The notes: generated from the letters alone by a model not told the origin. 64,000 nucleotides of DNA from Candidatus Saccharicenans sp. (GCA_035416665.1 DAOLNQ010000001.1:158733-222732), one strand, 5' to 3'; positions 9,048-20,710 are shown, counted from the first letter of the stretch. Translations and numbers: made by a program.

Positions 9048-10226
9048 ATGAAAAGAATCCAGCTGATGTTTTTACTTTTAGTTTTGGCCAGCAGCCTGGC
9101 TCTGGCTCAAAACCCAGCTGACGAAGCTTATATTAAAGCCATGCAAACGAGTGACCCCTGCCAGCGAGTTCAATTATTAAAAAATTATATCAATACTTAC
9201 GCTGGAAAAGGCACAACCTATGAGAACTACGCCTATGCCAACCTTTGCCTGACACCCTGTAAGACCAAGACGGTGGAAGAAACGATTACTTATGGCGAAA
9301 AAGCCCTGAGCCTAGGCGGCCTCGATGATACCACTAAGTGCCAGGTCTTATTAACCCTGAGCGGTATCTATGCCTATCAGGGTCAGAATCTGGATAAAGC
9401 TAAAAATTATGCTAACCAGGTGATTGAGATAGCTAAAACAAACAAAAATAAAGAGGGAGCTAATCCTGACCAGTGGAATAAAATGATCGGTGCTGGCTAT
9501 CTGACCCTGGCCAGTGCAGCCGAAAAGGCTAAGGACACCAATGGAGCCATTGAGGCCTATCTGACAGCCTATTCATTCCTCAAGGACCCCAAGGTTCTGG
9601 CTCCCTTGAAGAAAATGGGCAAAGAACTTTACGACGCTAAAAACTATACTGAAGCGGAAAAAGTCTTCCGGGCAATTTATAATCAGAGCAAAGACCCCAA
9701 CGATGCTCTGCTCCTCGGTCAGTTATTGGTCAAAGCGAACAAAAATGATGAAGCCCTAACCTTCCTGAAGGAAGCCTACAGCAAGAAAAGGAGCGGAGAA
9801 GTGGCCTTTTCTATTGCCGTTATACTGGCCAAAAAAGCCCAGAGTGATTCGTCTGTCGTGAATGAGGCTATCCGCTACTCACTGGAAGCGGCTCTTCTTC
9901 CCAATCCTAATTCCCAGCAGGCCATGAAGATGGCTGAAAGCCTTTTTTACACGATGAACAAAGATCTTAAATATAACGAGACCGTCCTGGCTATACAGAA
10001 TAAGGCTAAAGAGCTGGAAGAGCTAACTCAGATTTTCAATGAACGATTCGGCGGTAAAAGCGAAGAAGAATTATCAGATAGAGATAAACAAAAGATGAAA
10101 GAGTTTCTGGGAGATATTGAAGCCAAGAAAGCCGAAATTGAAGGCCTCAAGAAGCAGCAACAGGTAGCTATTGACAAATTCAATCAGCTCATCGAGGAAA
10201 CAAAAAGAAGACTCGGTGTGAAATAA
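9048..10226 (+). CDS. Secreted TPR-like repeat protein
   Basis: Signal peptide MKRIQLMFLLLVLASSLALAQ, then helical repeat content and a C-terminal coiled coil. The ATG at 9048 with an upstream GAGAGG is preferred over 9033. Confidence 0.55.
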   Translation: MKRIQLMFLLLVLASSLALAQNPADEAYIKAMQTSDPCQRVQLLKNYINTYAGKGTTYENYAYANLCLTPCKTKTVEETITYGEKALSLGGLDDTTKCQVLLTLSGIYAYQGQNLDKAKNYANQVIEIAKTNKNKEGANPDQWNKMIGAGYLTLASAAEKAKDTNGAIEAYLTAYSFLKDPKVLAPLKKMGKELYDAKNYTEAEKVFRAIYNQSKDPNDALLLGQLLVKANKNDEALTFLKEAYSKKRSGEVAFSIAVILAKKAQSDSSVVNEAIRYSLEAALLPNPNSQQAMKMAESLFYTMNKDLKYNETVLAIQNKAKELEELTQIFNERFGGKSEEELSDRDKQKMKEFLGDIEAKKAEIEGLKKQQQVAIDKFNQLIEETKRRLGVK

Positions 10227-10345
10227 TCAGTGAACAAGAAATAAAAGGAACTCTGTCATTTTTTGATTACCAGCAAAAAGTAAAATGCTATCGTGGCTGG
10301 CTTAACTCCCGCTCTTTTTTTTTGTAAAATATCCTTAAATTGTGA

Positions 10346-12364
<2,019 letters not shown>

Positions 12365-12365
12365 A

Positions 12366-13814
12366 TTATTTTTTCTTTTTGAATAGATCAGAAAAATCAA
12401 GATTTAAAAATGACTTAAGCCCGGTCTTCTTTTCCTGCTTATCAAGTTCAGCCAGTAGGTCTCTGGTCTGCTGGCGTTCGGGATCTATCTCCAGTGCCTT
12501 CTCCAGTTGCTTTCTGGCTTTTATTTTCAATCCTTCATTCATATAAAGCATACCCAGCCCGAGGTAAGCCTCGGCATTCCAGGGCTGCAATTCAATAGCA
12601 TGGAGAAAATCCTGCTCGGCTTTTTTCTTATAAGCGGGAAGCTTCGATTCCACCATTGCCAGCAATAAGAAATAATCAGCCTTATCCCGACGAAGGCGAA
12701 TAGCCTCTTCCAGAAAAATAATAGCTTCTTCATACATTCCCTGATTAAACAAAGTCCTGGCCTGACGGAACTTAGTGTCTGCTTTTTTCCCCTGATCCTC
12801 GAGGGAATCCTGACTGCCGCTACCCAGCTGAGAATCATACTGTTTACGATTTTGAGGATCAATCAAAACCCGGTAGGCATTGGTGAGGCTGTTAAAGATT
12901 TCATTGATAAGAGAAGTATCTTTAACCTGCTGGTTAAAACGATCTGGATGATATTTACGGGCAAGGTTGAAATAAGCTCGCTTTATTTCTTCTTCTGTTG
13001 CCGTCCGGCTGACCCCCAGCAGCTCATAAAAATTTTTAGTTTTCAGACTGGCTTTAATCTCTTTAAGTTCCTCCAGGCGGTCTTCTATTCCCTCCATGTC
13101 CCGCTCCTGATCTTTCCCTTTGCCCAGATTGTCCTGTCTGAAAGTCGAGGTGAAATCAGAAACTTCAATCATCCCCAGGCAATAAAAAAGATAAAGGAAG
13201 CGGAAAAAAGACTCAGAAGAAAATCCGGGCGGCAAAGACATTCTGTTTATTTCCTGCCTGGTAGAAAAACGCTGAAGTAATTCCTTCTCATCGTCAGTCA
13301 AAAGGTAGGCATAACTGGTATTGGCCAGAATGGCTGCTTTCCCCGTGAAAAATTTCTGGAGCGAAGGTTCATATTTCATCCGGCGAATGCCATAATCGAT
13401 TATAAAGGGAATATCAACGGTGGGGAATTCGGCCGGCGCTTTCAGGTCTGATCGCTCCTGAAAGGAAAGGTCAGCGTCAAAATAATTAAAGACATTTAAA
13501 AGCGCTTCTCTGATCTGGAAAGCTAAGGCCTCTCTCAGATCAGTTTCTTTAATCACCCCACTCTTTTTTAAGCTTTCACCCAGGGGCTGGTTAGCTTCGA
13601 TAAAATCATCTATCCTGGAAAAAGTTTCCTGTTGAATTTTCTGAAGTTTGAACAGGATTTCGCCCAGTCTTTCTGATTTTACATTAGTCTTGACCTGATA
13701 TGGCTTGCCCTGAATGAAAAAAATATATTTTTCAATCTCTTTTCTTTTTATAGATAGACGGCCACTTTTCTCCTGAAAATAGATATCTTTTAAAAAAAGC
13801 GCAATATGTTGCAC
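12366..13814 (-). CDS. J-domain (DnaJ-like) protein with C-terminal TPR repeats and an uncharacterised N-terminal domain
   Basis: The J domain reads YELLGVSRTATEEEIKRAYFNLARKYHPDR, with HPD present. TPR-like repeats follow. The stop is convergent with ligA. Confidence 0.75.
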   Translation of the reverse strand: MQHIALFLKDIYFQEKSGRLSIKRKEIEKYIFFIQGKPYQVKTNVKSERLGEILFKLQKIQQETFSRIDDFIEANQPLGESLKKSGVIKETDLREALAFQIREALLNVFNYFDADLSFQERSDLKAPAEFPTVDIPFIIDYGIRRMKYEPSLQKFFTGKAAILANTSYAYLLTDDEKELLQRFSTRQEINRMSLPPGFSSESFFRFLYLFYCLGMIEVSDFTSTFRQDNLGKGKDQERDMEGIEDRLEELKEIKASLKTKNFYELLGVSRTATEEEIKRAYFNLARKYHPDRFNQQVKDTSLINEIFNSLTNAYRVLIDPQNRKQYDSQLGSGSQDSLEDQGKKADTKFRQARTLFNQGMYEEAIIFLEEAIRLRRDKADYFLLLAMVESKLPAYKKKAEQDFLHAIELQPWNAEAYLGLGMLYMNEGLKIKARKQLEKALEIDPERQQTRDLLAELDKQEKKTGLKSFLNLDFSDLFKKKK

Positions 13815-13942
13815 TGATTATACCTGACTGCCTTTTTTATAGTTTATAAGTTTAGTCCTATTTTTTCAACTTTTTAAGGACAAAAATGAGATCAAGGCAG
13901 AACTATTGGACAGAAGACTTTATTTTATGTTATTTTTTACTC

Positions 13943-14809
13943 ATGAAAGTCGCCATTGCTCAAATAAGTTCAGTCCTGGGCCGGGTTGATAAGAATTTAG
14001 ACAGACATCTCGAGCTTATAGAAAAAGCCGCCAGCCAGAAGGCGGACCTGGTTATTTTCCCTGAGCTCAGCCTGACTGGCTACTCTCTTCAAGATCTGGT
14101 ACCGGAAGTAGCAATTAGACCAGATTGTTCAGAAGTTATGTCAAGGTTGCTGGTTGCTTCCAGAAATATTGACGTGGTGGTCGGTCTGGTTGAAGAAAGA
14201 AAGGAAAATCCCGGTATTTTTTATAACTCCGCTGCCTACCTGAGCCGTGGCAAAATCACTCACCTGCATCGTAAGGTTTTCCTCCCCACTTCCGGCATGT
14301 TTGAAGAAGGCCGCTTTTTTGCCGGCGGCCGGGAATTCCGAGCTTTTCCGGCAGGTTCAAACCGGGTCGGACTGCTTATTTGCCGGGACTTTCTCCATTA
14401 CAGCTCCAGCTATTGTTTGCTGGCTGATGGGGCCGGACTGATCATCGTTATTTCGGCCGCACCAGGTCGCGGGATAATCAATGAGGACAGCCAGGGCTTT
14501 GAGTCCAGTCGAAGCTGGGAATTGATGGGTCAGACTATTTCCTATTTTTCAAGTGCCTATGTAATTTATTGCAATCGGGTCGGACTGGAAAATGGAGTAA
14601 CTTTCGCCGGGGGGTCCTTCATTTACAACCCTGACGGTCAGCTCCAGTTTAAAGCGCCCTATCTCGAGGCTGACTTTTCAATCCAGGAGATTGACCTCGA
14701 CCTGATAAGAAAAGCCAGAAAGAACAGGCCTTATAAACGTGACGACAGGCCGGATGTCATCCGCTACTCTCTTAGCCGTTTGCTCAGGAAACAAGATGAT
14801 GAAGATTAA
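13943..14809 (+). CDS. Carbon-nitrogen hydrolase (nitrilase superfamily); probable glutaminase partner of NadE
   Basis: MKVAIAQ...FPELSLTGY...LICRDF matches the Glu-Lys-Cys triad context of the family. The 3' end overlaps nadE by 14 nt. The internal ATG at 13943 is preferred. Confidence 0.75.
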   Translation: MKVAIAQISSVLGRVDKNLDRHLELIEKAASQKADLVIFPELSLTGYSLQDLVPEVAIRPDCSEVMSRLLVASRNIDVVVGLVEERKENPGIFYNSAAYLSRGKITHLHRKVFLPTSGMFEEGRFFAGGREFRAFPAGSNRVGLLICRDFLHYSSSYCLLADGAGLIIVISAAPGRGIINEDSQGFESSRSWELMGQTISYFSSAYVIYCNRVGLENGVTFAGGSFIYNPDGQLQFKAPYLEADFSIQEIDLDLIRKARKNRPYKRDDRPDVIRYSLSRLLRKQDDED

Positions 14810-15611
14810 CTGCCAGCTCGTCACCAGAGTTTTAACCAGTTTTATCAGGGAAGAAAGCAATAAGGCCGGTTTTGAACGTAATATTATTGGAGTGTCGGGT
14901 GGCCTGGATTCTACGGTTTGTGCTTACCTGGCAGCCAGGGCTGTTGGGCCACAGAATATCTTTGGACTGATTATGCCTTTTAAAGATTATGATCAGGAAG
15001 GGGTTCAGCTGGCTGAGGAGTGCTGTCGCCTCCTGGGAATAAATTTCGAAAAGATTGACCTTTCCCCTCAGATAGAAGCCTATTTTTCCAGGCATCCGGT
15101 TGAGCTGCCAGTTCTTCGCGGCAACAAGATGGCCAGGGAGAGGATGTCTATCCTTTATGATTATTCAGCCCGTCTGAAGGCTATGATTCTCGGGACGAGC
15201 AACAAATCAGAATTATTAATTGGTTATGGAACAATTCATGGTGATCTGGCCTGTGGGATAAATCCAATGGGAGATCTGTACAAGACTCAAGTCCGCCAGC
15301 TGGCCCGGTACCTGGAAGTGCCAGAAAAAATTATCAGCCGGAAACCAACGGCAGGCCTCTGGCCTGGCCAGACTGACGAAGACGAGATTGGCCTTAGCTA
15401 TGAAGAACTGGACGAGATCCTTTTTAAACTGGTAGACGAACGGCTGACCCCGGATGAAGCCATAAAAGCCGGCCTTGAAGAGAAAAAAGTTCGCCAGGTA
15501 TCCGAATTAATCAGGAAATCTGAATATAAGAGAAAGATGCCGCCCATAGCCAAATTATCAGAACGGACAGTCGGACACGATTTTCTTTACCCTTATGACT
15601 GGGGAAAGTAG
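14796..15611 (+). CDS. nadE: NH3-dependent NAD+ synthetase (single-domain NadE)
   Basis: SGGLDS P-loop of the N-type ATP pyrophosphatases, followed by NadE-like sequence. The ATG at 14796 is chosen and overlaps the upstream gene. Confidence 0.85.
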   Translation: MMKINCQLVTRVLTSFIREESNKAGFERNIIGVSGGLDSTVCAYLAARAVGPQNIFGLIMPFKDYDQEGVQLAEECCRLLGINFEKIDLSPQIEAYFSRHPVELPVLRGNKMARERMSILYDYSARLKAMILGTSNKSELLIGYGTIHGDLACGINPMGDLYKTQVRQLARYLEVPEKIISRKPTAGLWPGQTDEDEIGLSYEELDEILFKLVDERLTPDEAIKAGLEEKKVRQVSELIRKSEYKRKMPPIAKLSERTVGHDFLYPYDWGK

Positions 15612-15631
15612 CCCGGGCCAGGGGCAGGCAG

Positions 15632-16309
15632 ATGAGCCAGAAAGGGCGGTTATTCGTCGTCAGCACGCCGATTGGCAATCTCGAGGATATTAGCCAGCGG
15701 GCGCGGAGAGTGCTGGGTGAGGTTGAGGCTATTGCCTGCGAGGATACCCGTCAGACAATCAAATTGTTGAATTTTCTTGGCCTGAAAAAAAGGCTCATTT
15801 CCTATTTTCAGCCTCGTGAACGCCAGAAGATACCCCTAATTATTTCTCTGCTCGAAGAGGGCAAGGATGTAGCCCTTGTTTCAGATGCCGGCACGCCAGG
15901 CATCTCCGACCCCGGTTTCCCCCTGATCAGAGCAGCTATTGACCAGGGAATCCAGGTTGTGCCTATTCCCGGTCCCAGCGCTCTGACGGCTGCTTTATCA
16001 GCCGCTGGACTGCCAACTCATAGGGTGCTTTTTCTGGGCTTCCCACCGCCTAAGAAAGTAGCCTTAAAAAACTTTTTACAAAAAATAGCGGAAGAGGAAG
16101 CTACACTGGTTTTTTTCCTTCCGATGAGAAAGTTTAACCAGTTTATAGAGGTGGCTCTGGAAGTACTGGGTCCAAGAGAAGCAGTCCTCGCCAGGGAAAT
16201 AACCAAGGTTCACGAAGAATTCATCCGAGGAAAACTTGATAATCTGGCACTAAAAATCACAGAAGATAAAATTAAAGGAGAGGCTACCCTTATTATAAGG
16301 GGAAAATAA
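15632..16309 (+). CDS. rsmI: 16S rRNA (cytidine1402-2'-O)-methyltransferase
   Basis: Tetrapyrrole-methylase-fold sequence LFVVSTPIGNLEDIS...DAGTPGISDPG typical of RsmI. Confidence 0.85.
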   Translation: MSQKGRLFVVSTPIGNLEDISQRARRVLGEVEAIACEDTRQTIKLLNFLGLKKRLISYFQPRERQKIPLIISLLEEGKDVALVSDAGTPGISDPGFPLIRAAIDQGIQVVPIPGPSALTAALSAAGLPTHRVLFLGFPPPKKVALKNFLQKIAEEEATLVFFLPMRKFNQFIEVALEVLGPREAVLAREITKVHEEFIRGKLDNLALKITEDKIKGEATLIIRGK

Positions 16310-16325
16310 TTTTTTTGGTAAATAC

Positions 16326-16354
16326 TTGACAAAATGATGCTATGATATTATATA
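16326..16354 (+). promoter_or_regulatory. Near-consensus sigma70 promoter for the hsp20 gene (TTGACA-17-TATATA)
   Basis: Read directly at 16326-16354. A GGAGG RBS and ATG follow about 45 nt downstream. Confidence 0.45.
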
Positions 16355-16370
16355 TATAAGTGACTAAAGG

Positions 16371-16388
16371 ATTTAAGAAATTTAAGAA
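16371..16388 (+). repeat. Perfect tandem 9-nt repeat (ATTTAAGAA x2) immediately 5' of the hsp20 Shine-Dalgarno
   Basis: Read directly. It lies in the 5' UTR between the promoter and the RBS. Confidence 0.4.
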
Positions 16389-16400
16389 GGAGGTTAAACC

Positions 16401-16895
16401 ATGGCTAACAGTGATATCACCAGATGGGATCCTTTCCGGGACTTAACTGTTTTGCGTGACAGAATGAACAGATTGTTTGAGGACGTTTTTCCTTCACTGC
16501 GTCTTGAGGATTCAGAATTAATGCAGACAACCTGGTCTCCAGCTGTTGACATCTATGAAACTGAGAATGAGCTGGTCCTGACGGCTGAACTTCCTGGTGT
16601 TAATGAAAAAGACGTCGAAATCAGGGTTGAGGACAATACTCTCTCCATTAAAGGCGAAAGAAAGCTGGAAAAGGAGACCAAGGAAGAAAATTATCATCGA
16701 ATCGAACGGGCTTATGGCTCTTTCTACAGGTCATTCACTTTGCCCAATTATATAGATTACGACAACATTCAAGCTGAATTTGAGAATGGCCTGTTAAGAG
16801 TCCATATGCCAAAGAAACCAGAAGTCAAACCCAAAAAGGTTAAAATCCTCAAGCCCGCCAGTGAAGCCAAATCTGAAGAAAAGTCCTCCAAATAA
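16401..16895 (+). CDS. Hsp20/alpha-crystallin family small heat-shock protein
   Basis: Alpha-crystallin domain (AVDIYETENELVLTAELPGV...GLLRVHMPK). 164 aa. Confidence 0.9.
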   Translation: MANSDITRWDPFRDLTVLRDRMNRLFEDVFPSLRLEDSELMQTTWSPAVDIYETENELVLTAELPGVNEKDVEIRVEDNTLSIKGERKLEKETKEENYHRIERAYGSFYRSFTLPNYIDYDNIQAEFENGLLRVHMPKKPEVKPKKVKILKPASEAKSEEKSSK

Positions 16896-16920
16896 AGGCT
16901 AAATGAAGCTTTGATCTTCC

Positions 16921-16958
16921 GGGGTCTTTGCCCGGCGGGGCAAAGACCCTTTTTTATT
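16921..16958 (+). terminator. Rho-independent terminator after hsp20, shared 3' region with convergent comF
   Basis: The hairpin GGGGTCTTTGCCC-GGCG-GGGCAAAGACCC is followed by TTTTTTATTT. Confidence 0.7.
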
Positions 16959-17695
16959 TAGGCCTTGGCCAGAGTCAGAGCTCTTATTTCCCGGGCTCCT
17001 GCTTTTTTAAGGACGAGAGCACATTCCTTTATGGTCGAGCCAGTGGTATAAACATCGTCAACGAGCATTAAAACCCGCTGTCGAACAAATTCCTTTTTTC
17101 TGACAGCCAGAGCTCCTCTCAGGTTCAATTCCCTCTCTTTAGCTTCAAGCGAGACCTGAGCAGGCGTATTTCTCGTTTTAATTAAAATATCACGGTTAAG
17201 TGGACAACCGGTCAGTCTGGCCAGCCGCCGGCCTATCAGCTCGGCCTGATTAAAGCCCCGTTCTCTCTCTTTTTTCGGATGGAGCGGGACGGGCAGAATA
17301 AAATCAATTCCTGCCAGAATTCCCTGTGGATTAAACTGCCTGTAGAGTTGTTCAGCCAGAGAAGAAGCCAGCGGTTCATTTCCCTTATATTTGAGAAGAA
17401 TGATCATCTCTTTCAGATGCCCTGAATAGGGTCCCAGAGAGCGATGGAGCTCATAGGGAGGAGGGTCGTCTTGACACTCCGAGCAGAGTGAACCCAAATC
17501 GTTTTCCCCGGAAATAAACCGACCGCAGACCCGGCAAACCGGGCCATGATGGATATCGATTTTAGTCAGGCACTGGTTACAAACTATTTTTTCTTCAGGT
17601 TCAAGAAGCAAGCGGCCGCAGAGCTCACAAAAAGAAGGGAAAACAGCCAGCTTAACCGGCAGAGTCAACCGGTTAATCAATTTGGAAATGGTCAC
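16958..17695 (-). CDS. comFC: ComF-family phosphoribosyltransferase-domain protein
   Basis: N-terminal Cys-rich zinc ribbon (CELCG...CNQC..CRVCG...CSEC) and a C-terminal PRTase motif (VLMLVDDVYTTGST). Confidence 0.8.
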   Translation of the reverse strand: MTISKLINRLTLPVKLAVFPSFCELCGRLLLEPEEKIVCNQCLTKIDIHHGPVCRVCGRFISGENDLGSLCSECQDDPPPYELHRSLGPYSGHLKEMIILLKYKGNEPLASSLAEQLYRQFNPQGILAGIDFILPVPLHPKKERERGFNQAELIGRRLARLTGCPLNRDILIKTRNTPAQVSLEAKERELNLRGALAVRKKEFVRQRVLMLVDDVYTTGSTIKECALVLKKAGAREIRALTLAKA

Positions 17696-18069
17696 TTAGC
17701 CGAAACCCCACGCTCTATTTTCTCCTGACAGTTTATACAATATGGCGTCCAGGGAATAATCTGGAGACGCTTTTTCCCGATTTCCTGGTGACAGACCTGA
17801 CAAAGGCCATATTCTCCTTTTTCCAGTCTTTCGAGTGCCTGGTCAATCAGTTGCAACTGCTCCCGCTCGCTATCAGTTAATCCCAGGAGAAACTCTTTGG
17901 TATAAGAAGTCTCTGCCTTATCAGCCACGTCCAGGGCTGTATCAGTTTCAATTTCTTTGCTTTCATGGTAAAACTGACTCAACTTCCTGATAATGCTGTT
18001 TTTCCTCTCGAGGAGCAGTTTTCTGTATTCTTCTTTCTCTTTTTTGGATAACTTTAATTTTTCAGGCAT
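17692..18069 (-). CDS. DksA/TraR-family C4 zinc-finger protein
   Basis: The C-terminal CQVC...17...CINC zinc finger follows a coiled-coil N-terminus. Confidence 0.7.
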   Translation of the reverse strand: MPEKLKLSKKEKEEYRKLLLERKNSIIRKLSQFYHESKEIETDTALDVADKAETSYTKEFLLGLTDSEREQLQLIDQALERLEKGEYGLCQVCHQEIGKKRLQIIPWTPYCINCQEKIERGVSAK

Positions 18070-18080
18070 ATAACCCCCTG

Positions 18081-18548
18081 TTATTTAGGATAAGCATAAC
18101 CTTTGATCAAACTTAAAGCTCTATATATCTGCTCAAGGAGAACTGTTCGGGCCAGTTCATGAGAAAAGGTCATCCTCGACAGCGACAATTTCAGATGAGC
18201 TTTTTCCATTATTCTCGGCGATAGACCAAGAAAACCACCAACTAGAAAAACCAGCTGGCAGCCCTGATTCATTCCTTTTACCTCAATCAAATCGGCAAAT
18301 TCCTTTGAGTTTAATTCTTTTCCCGTATCGGAAAGGCAGATAATATATCCATCCTCAGCATATTTTTCAAGCCCCCTGGCTTCTTTCTCCAGAATTTTGT
18401 CCGCCCATTTTTCCTCCAGTCCCCTGGCCTCCGGCGTCTCTATCAAGCTAACCTGGGCCCATGGCCTTATTTTCTCCAGATAGTCGCGCTGCAGAGTCCA
18501 GTAGTTGACATTCCTGGTTTTTCCCGGCCAGACCAGCGAAATTTTCAT
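18081..18548 (-). CDS. rlmH: 23S rRNA (pseudouridine1915-N3)-methyltransferase
   Basis: SPOUT fold, about 155 aa, and the typical position after rsfS and nadD. Confidence 0.8.
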   Translation of the reverse strand: MKISLVWPGKTRNVNYWTLQRDYLEKIRPWAQVSLIETPEARGLEEKWADKILEKEARGLEKYAEDGYIICLSDTGKELNSKEFADLIEVKGMNQGCQLVFLVGGFLGLSPRIMEKAHLKLSLSRMTFSHELARTVLLEQIYRALSLIKGYAYPK

Positions 18549-18610
18549 TCTAAACGGTCTCCATTAAATAAATATTTATCGGCTAAAAGTCAAGAAGAAA
18601 AATAGAATCG

Positions 18611-18979
18611 TCAATAATCGAGTCTGGGAGCATCAGCCCAGAGTTTTTCTAGAGCATAATGCTCTCTCGTTTTTTTAGAAAATATATGGATAACCAAAGA
18701 GCCATAGTCAATAAGAATCCAGTCAGCCCTTTCCAAACCTTCTACCCCGAAAGGACTTATGTTCTCTTTTTTTAACTGCTCTTCAATATTTTGATAGATA
18801 GCTATATTCTGGCGAGAAGAGTTGCCGTTCATGATGATAAAATAATCGGTGAAGCTGGTAAGCTCCCGCAAATCCAGCACGCACAATCCCTCCGCTTTTT
18901 TGGCCTGGCTGGCCTTGATAGTTAACTTAACTTCTTTTGGCAAACTACGTTTGCTAAATTTTTTTTCTGCGTCTTTCAA
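18611..18979 (-). CDS. rsfS: Ribosome silencing factor RsfS (Iojap)
   Basis: About 120 aa with conserved LDLRE...DYFIIMNGNSSRQ, in the nadD-rsfS arrangement. Confidence 0.8.
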   Translation of the reverse strand: MKDAEKKFSKRSLPKEVKLTIKASQAKKAEGLCVLDLRELTSFTDYFIIMNGNSSRQNIAIYQNIEEQLKKENISPFGVEGLERADWILIDYGSLVIHIFSKKTREHYALEKLWADAPRLDY

Positions 18980-19003
18980 TTTTTCTTTTTATCTCCTTTC
19001 CTG

Positions 19004-19651
19004 TCAAACATATAAACGATTCTTCATAATATAATCTTCAACCCCAGGCGGAACGAGGCCCGTTATTGGCAGTCCAGCTCGCAATCTGTGCCTTATCTCA
19101 GAAGAAGAAATATCGAGGGCATTAATCTCTAAAAGATAAAGGCCGGGCCGGTCGTCCTTCACTTCAGTCTTTTCTCTCTTATCTATCTCTACCAGTAGCT
19201 CAGGCTTTATTTTATCAATGACTTTGTCGAGCTTTTCCAGTTCGGAGCCAGGGCGCGTGACTACAATAAAAGAACATTCTCTGAGGAGTTGATTATAATC
19301 TTTCCAGGTTTCAATCTCCAGAAAAGCGTCAGAACCAACGATAAACCAGAAAGTATCGTCCGGAAAAAGCTCTTTTAGCTTCCTTAAAGTAAGAATCGAA
19401 TAGGATGGGCCGGGACTTTTGACTTCCAGATCAGAAGGGATAAATTTTTGATGTCCCTGACAGGCTATCTCCACCATCCGCCACCGATGGCAGGCTGGCA
19501 CAACTTCTTTTTGATCTTTGTGAGGTGGGATATAAGAGGGAATAAACAAAATTCTATCCAGAGGAAAATATTTTATGACTTCCTCAGCAGCCCGTAGATG
19601 TCCATTGTGAATTGGGTTAAACGTGCCGCCAAAAAGTCCGGTTAAAGCCAT
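19004..19651 (-). CDS. nadD: Nicotinate-nucleotide adenylyltransferase
   Basis: GGTFNPIHNGH is the (H/T)xGH nucleotidyltransferase motif. 215 aa. Confidence 0.85.
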   Translation of the reverse strand: MALTGLFGGTFNPIHNGHLRAAEEVIKYFPLDRILFIPSYIPPHKDQKEVVPACHRWRMVEIACQGHQKFIPSDLEVKSPGPSYSILTLRKLKELFPDDTFWFIVGSDAFLEIETWKDYNQLLRECSFIVVTRPGSELEKLDKVIDKIKPELLVEIDKREKTEVKDDRPGLYLLEINALDISSSEIRHRLRAGLPITGLVPPGVEDYIMKNRLYV

Positions 19652-19681
19652 CTGCTATTCACTTTCACCCTGTTAAACATT

Positions 19682-20710
19682 TTAATCTTTTTCTGATTTC
19701 TCTTCCTTTTCTTCTTTCAGCATTCTGGCCAGCAAGCCAACCAGTTCAGACAAGCCATCGCCTCTCGCCGCGGAGATAGCCACAAACGGCTTCTTTTCTC
19801 TCCTGGCCAGTCTTCTGACCGCTGTCAGCCGCTCTTGCTTATTTCCATCCAGTAAATCTATTTTATTGGCAGCAATAATCTGCTTTCTGGCCACCAGATC
19901 AGGATTGAAGGCCTTTAGCTCATTCTGAATGACCTCATAATCACGAACAGGATCTCGCCCCGTCAAAGGTGAAACATCAATCAGATGGACCAGTATTTTG
20001 GTCCTTTCTATGTGTCGGAGAAACTGGATACCGAGGCCGTGCCCCTCATGAGCACCTTCAATTAGACCAGGTATATCGGCCACCACCAGACTTTCATTTT
20101 CTCCCACATCAACCACCCCCAGAGTCGGGATCAAAGTGGTAAAGGGGTAATCGGCAATGACAGGCCGCGCCGCTGATATTCTGGAAATCAAAGTGGATTT
20201 TCCGGCATTGGGGTAGCCAACCAGGCCAACGTCAGCGATCAGTTTCAATTCAAGAATGATTTCTATTTCTTCCCCCGGCTGGCCTTTCTCAAATTCTCTG
20301 GGAACTTGATGGGTAGAAGTAGCAAAGCTGGCGTTGCCACGCCCTCCCCGGCCTCCTCTGGCTGCTAAATAAATTTCTCCCGGTTTTAGAAAATCATGAA
20401 GGATTCGACCGGTCGAAGCTTCCTTGACCACTGTACCAACCGGAACTCTAAGATAAAGGTCCTGACCCTTTTTCCCCCGTCGATTTGATCCCTCGCCCTG
20501 GGCTCCCTTTCTGGCTTTATTAATCGGATGAAAACGAAAGAAAGCCAGAGTATTAAGGTTCGGATCGCTCACCAGGTAGATATGCCCGCCATCGCCACCG
20601 CGCCCACCATCGGGTCCGCCTTTGGGCACCCGATATTCCCGCCGGAAGCTGACACAGCCATTGCCTCCTTTGCCGGCGATCAGTTGAACTTTTACGCTAT
20701 CAATAAACAA
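19682..20710 (-). CDS. obg: GTPase Obg
   Basis: Obg fold N-terminus (FIDSVKVQLIAGKGGNGCVSFRRE, glycine-rich), then G1 GYPNAGKST and G3 DIPG. The TTG start at 20710 gives the canonical MFID N-terminus. The ORF track's alternative is a GTG at 20761. Confidence 0.85.
   Translation of the reverse strand: MFIDSVKVQLIAGKGGNGCVSFRREYRVPKGGPDGGRGGDGGHIYLVSDPNLNTLAFFRFHPINKARKGAQGEGSNRRGKKGQDLYLRVPVGTVVKEASTGRILHDFLKPGEIYLAARGGRGGRGNASFATSTHQVPREFEKGQPGEEIEIILELKLIADVGLVGYPNAGKSTLISRISAARPVIADYPFTTLIPTLGVVDVGENESLVVADIPGLIEGAHEGHGLGIQFLRHIERTKILVHLIDVSPLTGRDPVRDYEVIQNELKAFNPDLVARKQIIAANKIDLLDGNKQERLTAVRRLARREKKPFVAISAARGDGLSELVGLLARMLKEEKEEKSEKD

Noticed and set aside
16300-16400. Looked for CIRCE (TTAGCACTC-N9-GAGTGCTAA) or HAIR heat-shock operators upstream of hsp20
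   Set aside because: Neither consensus is present.
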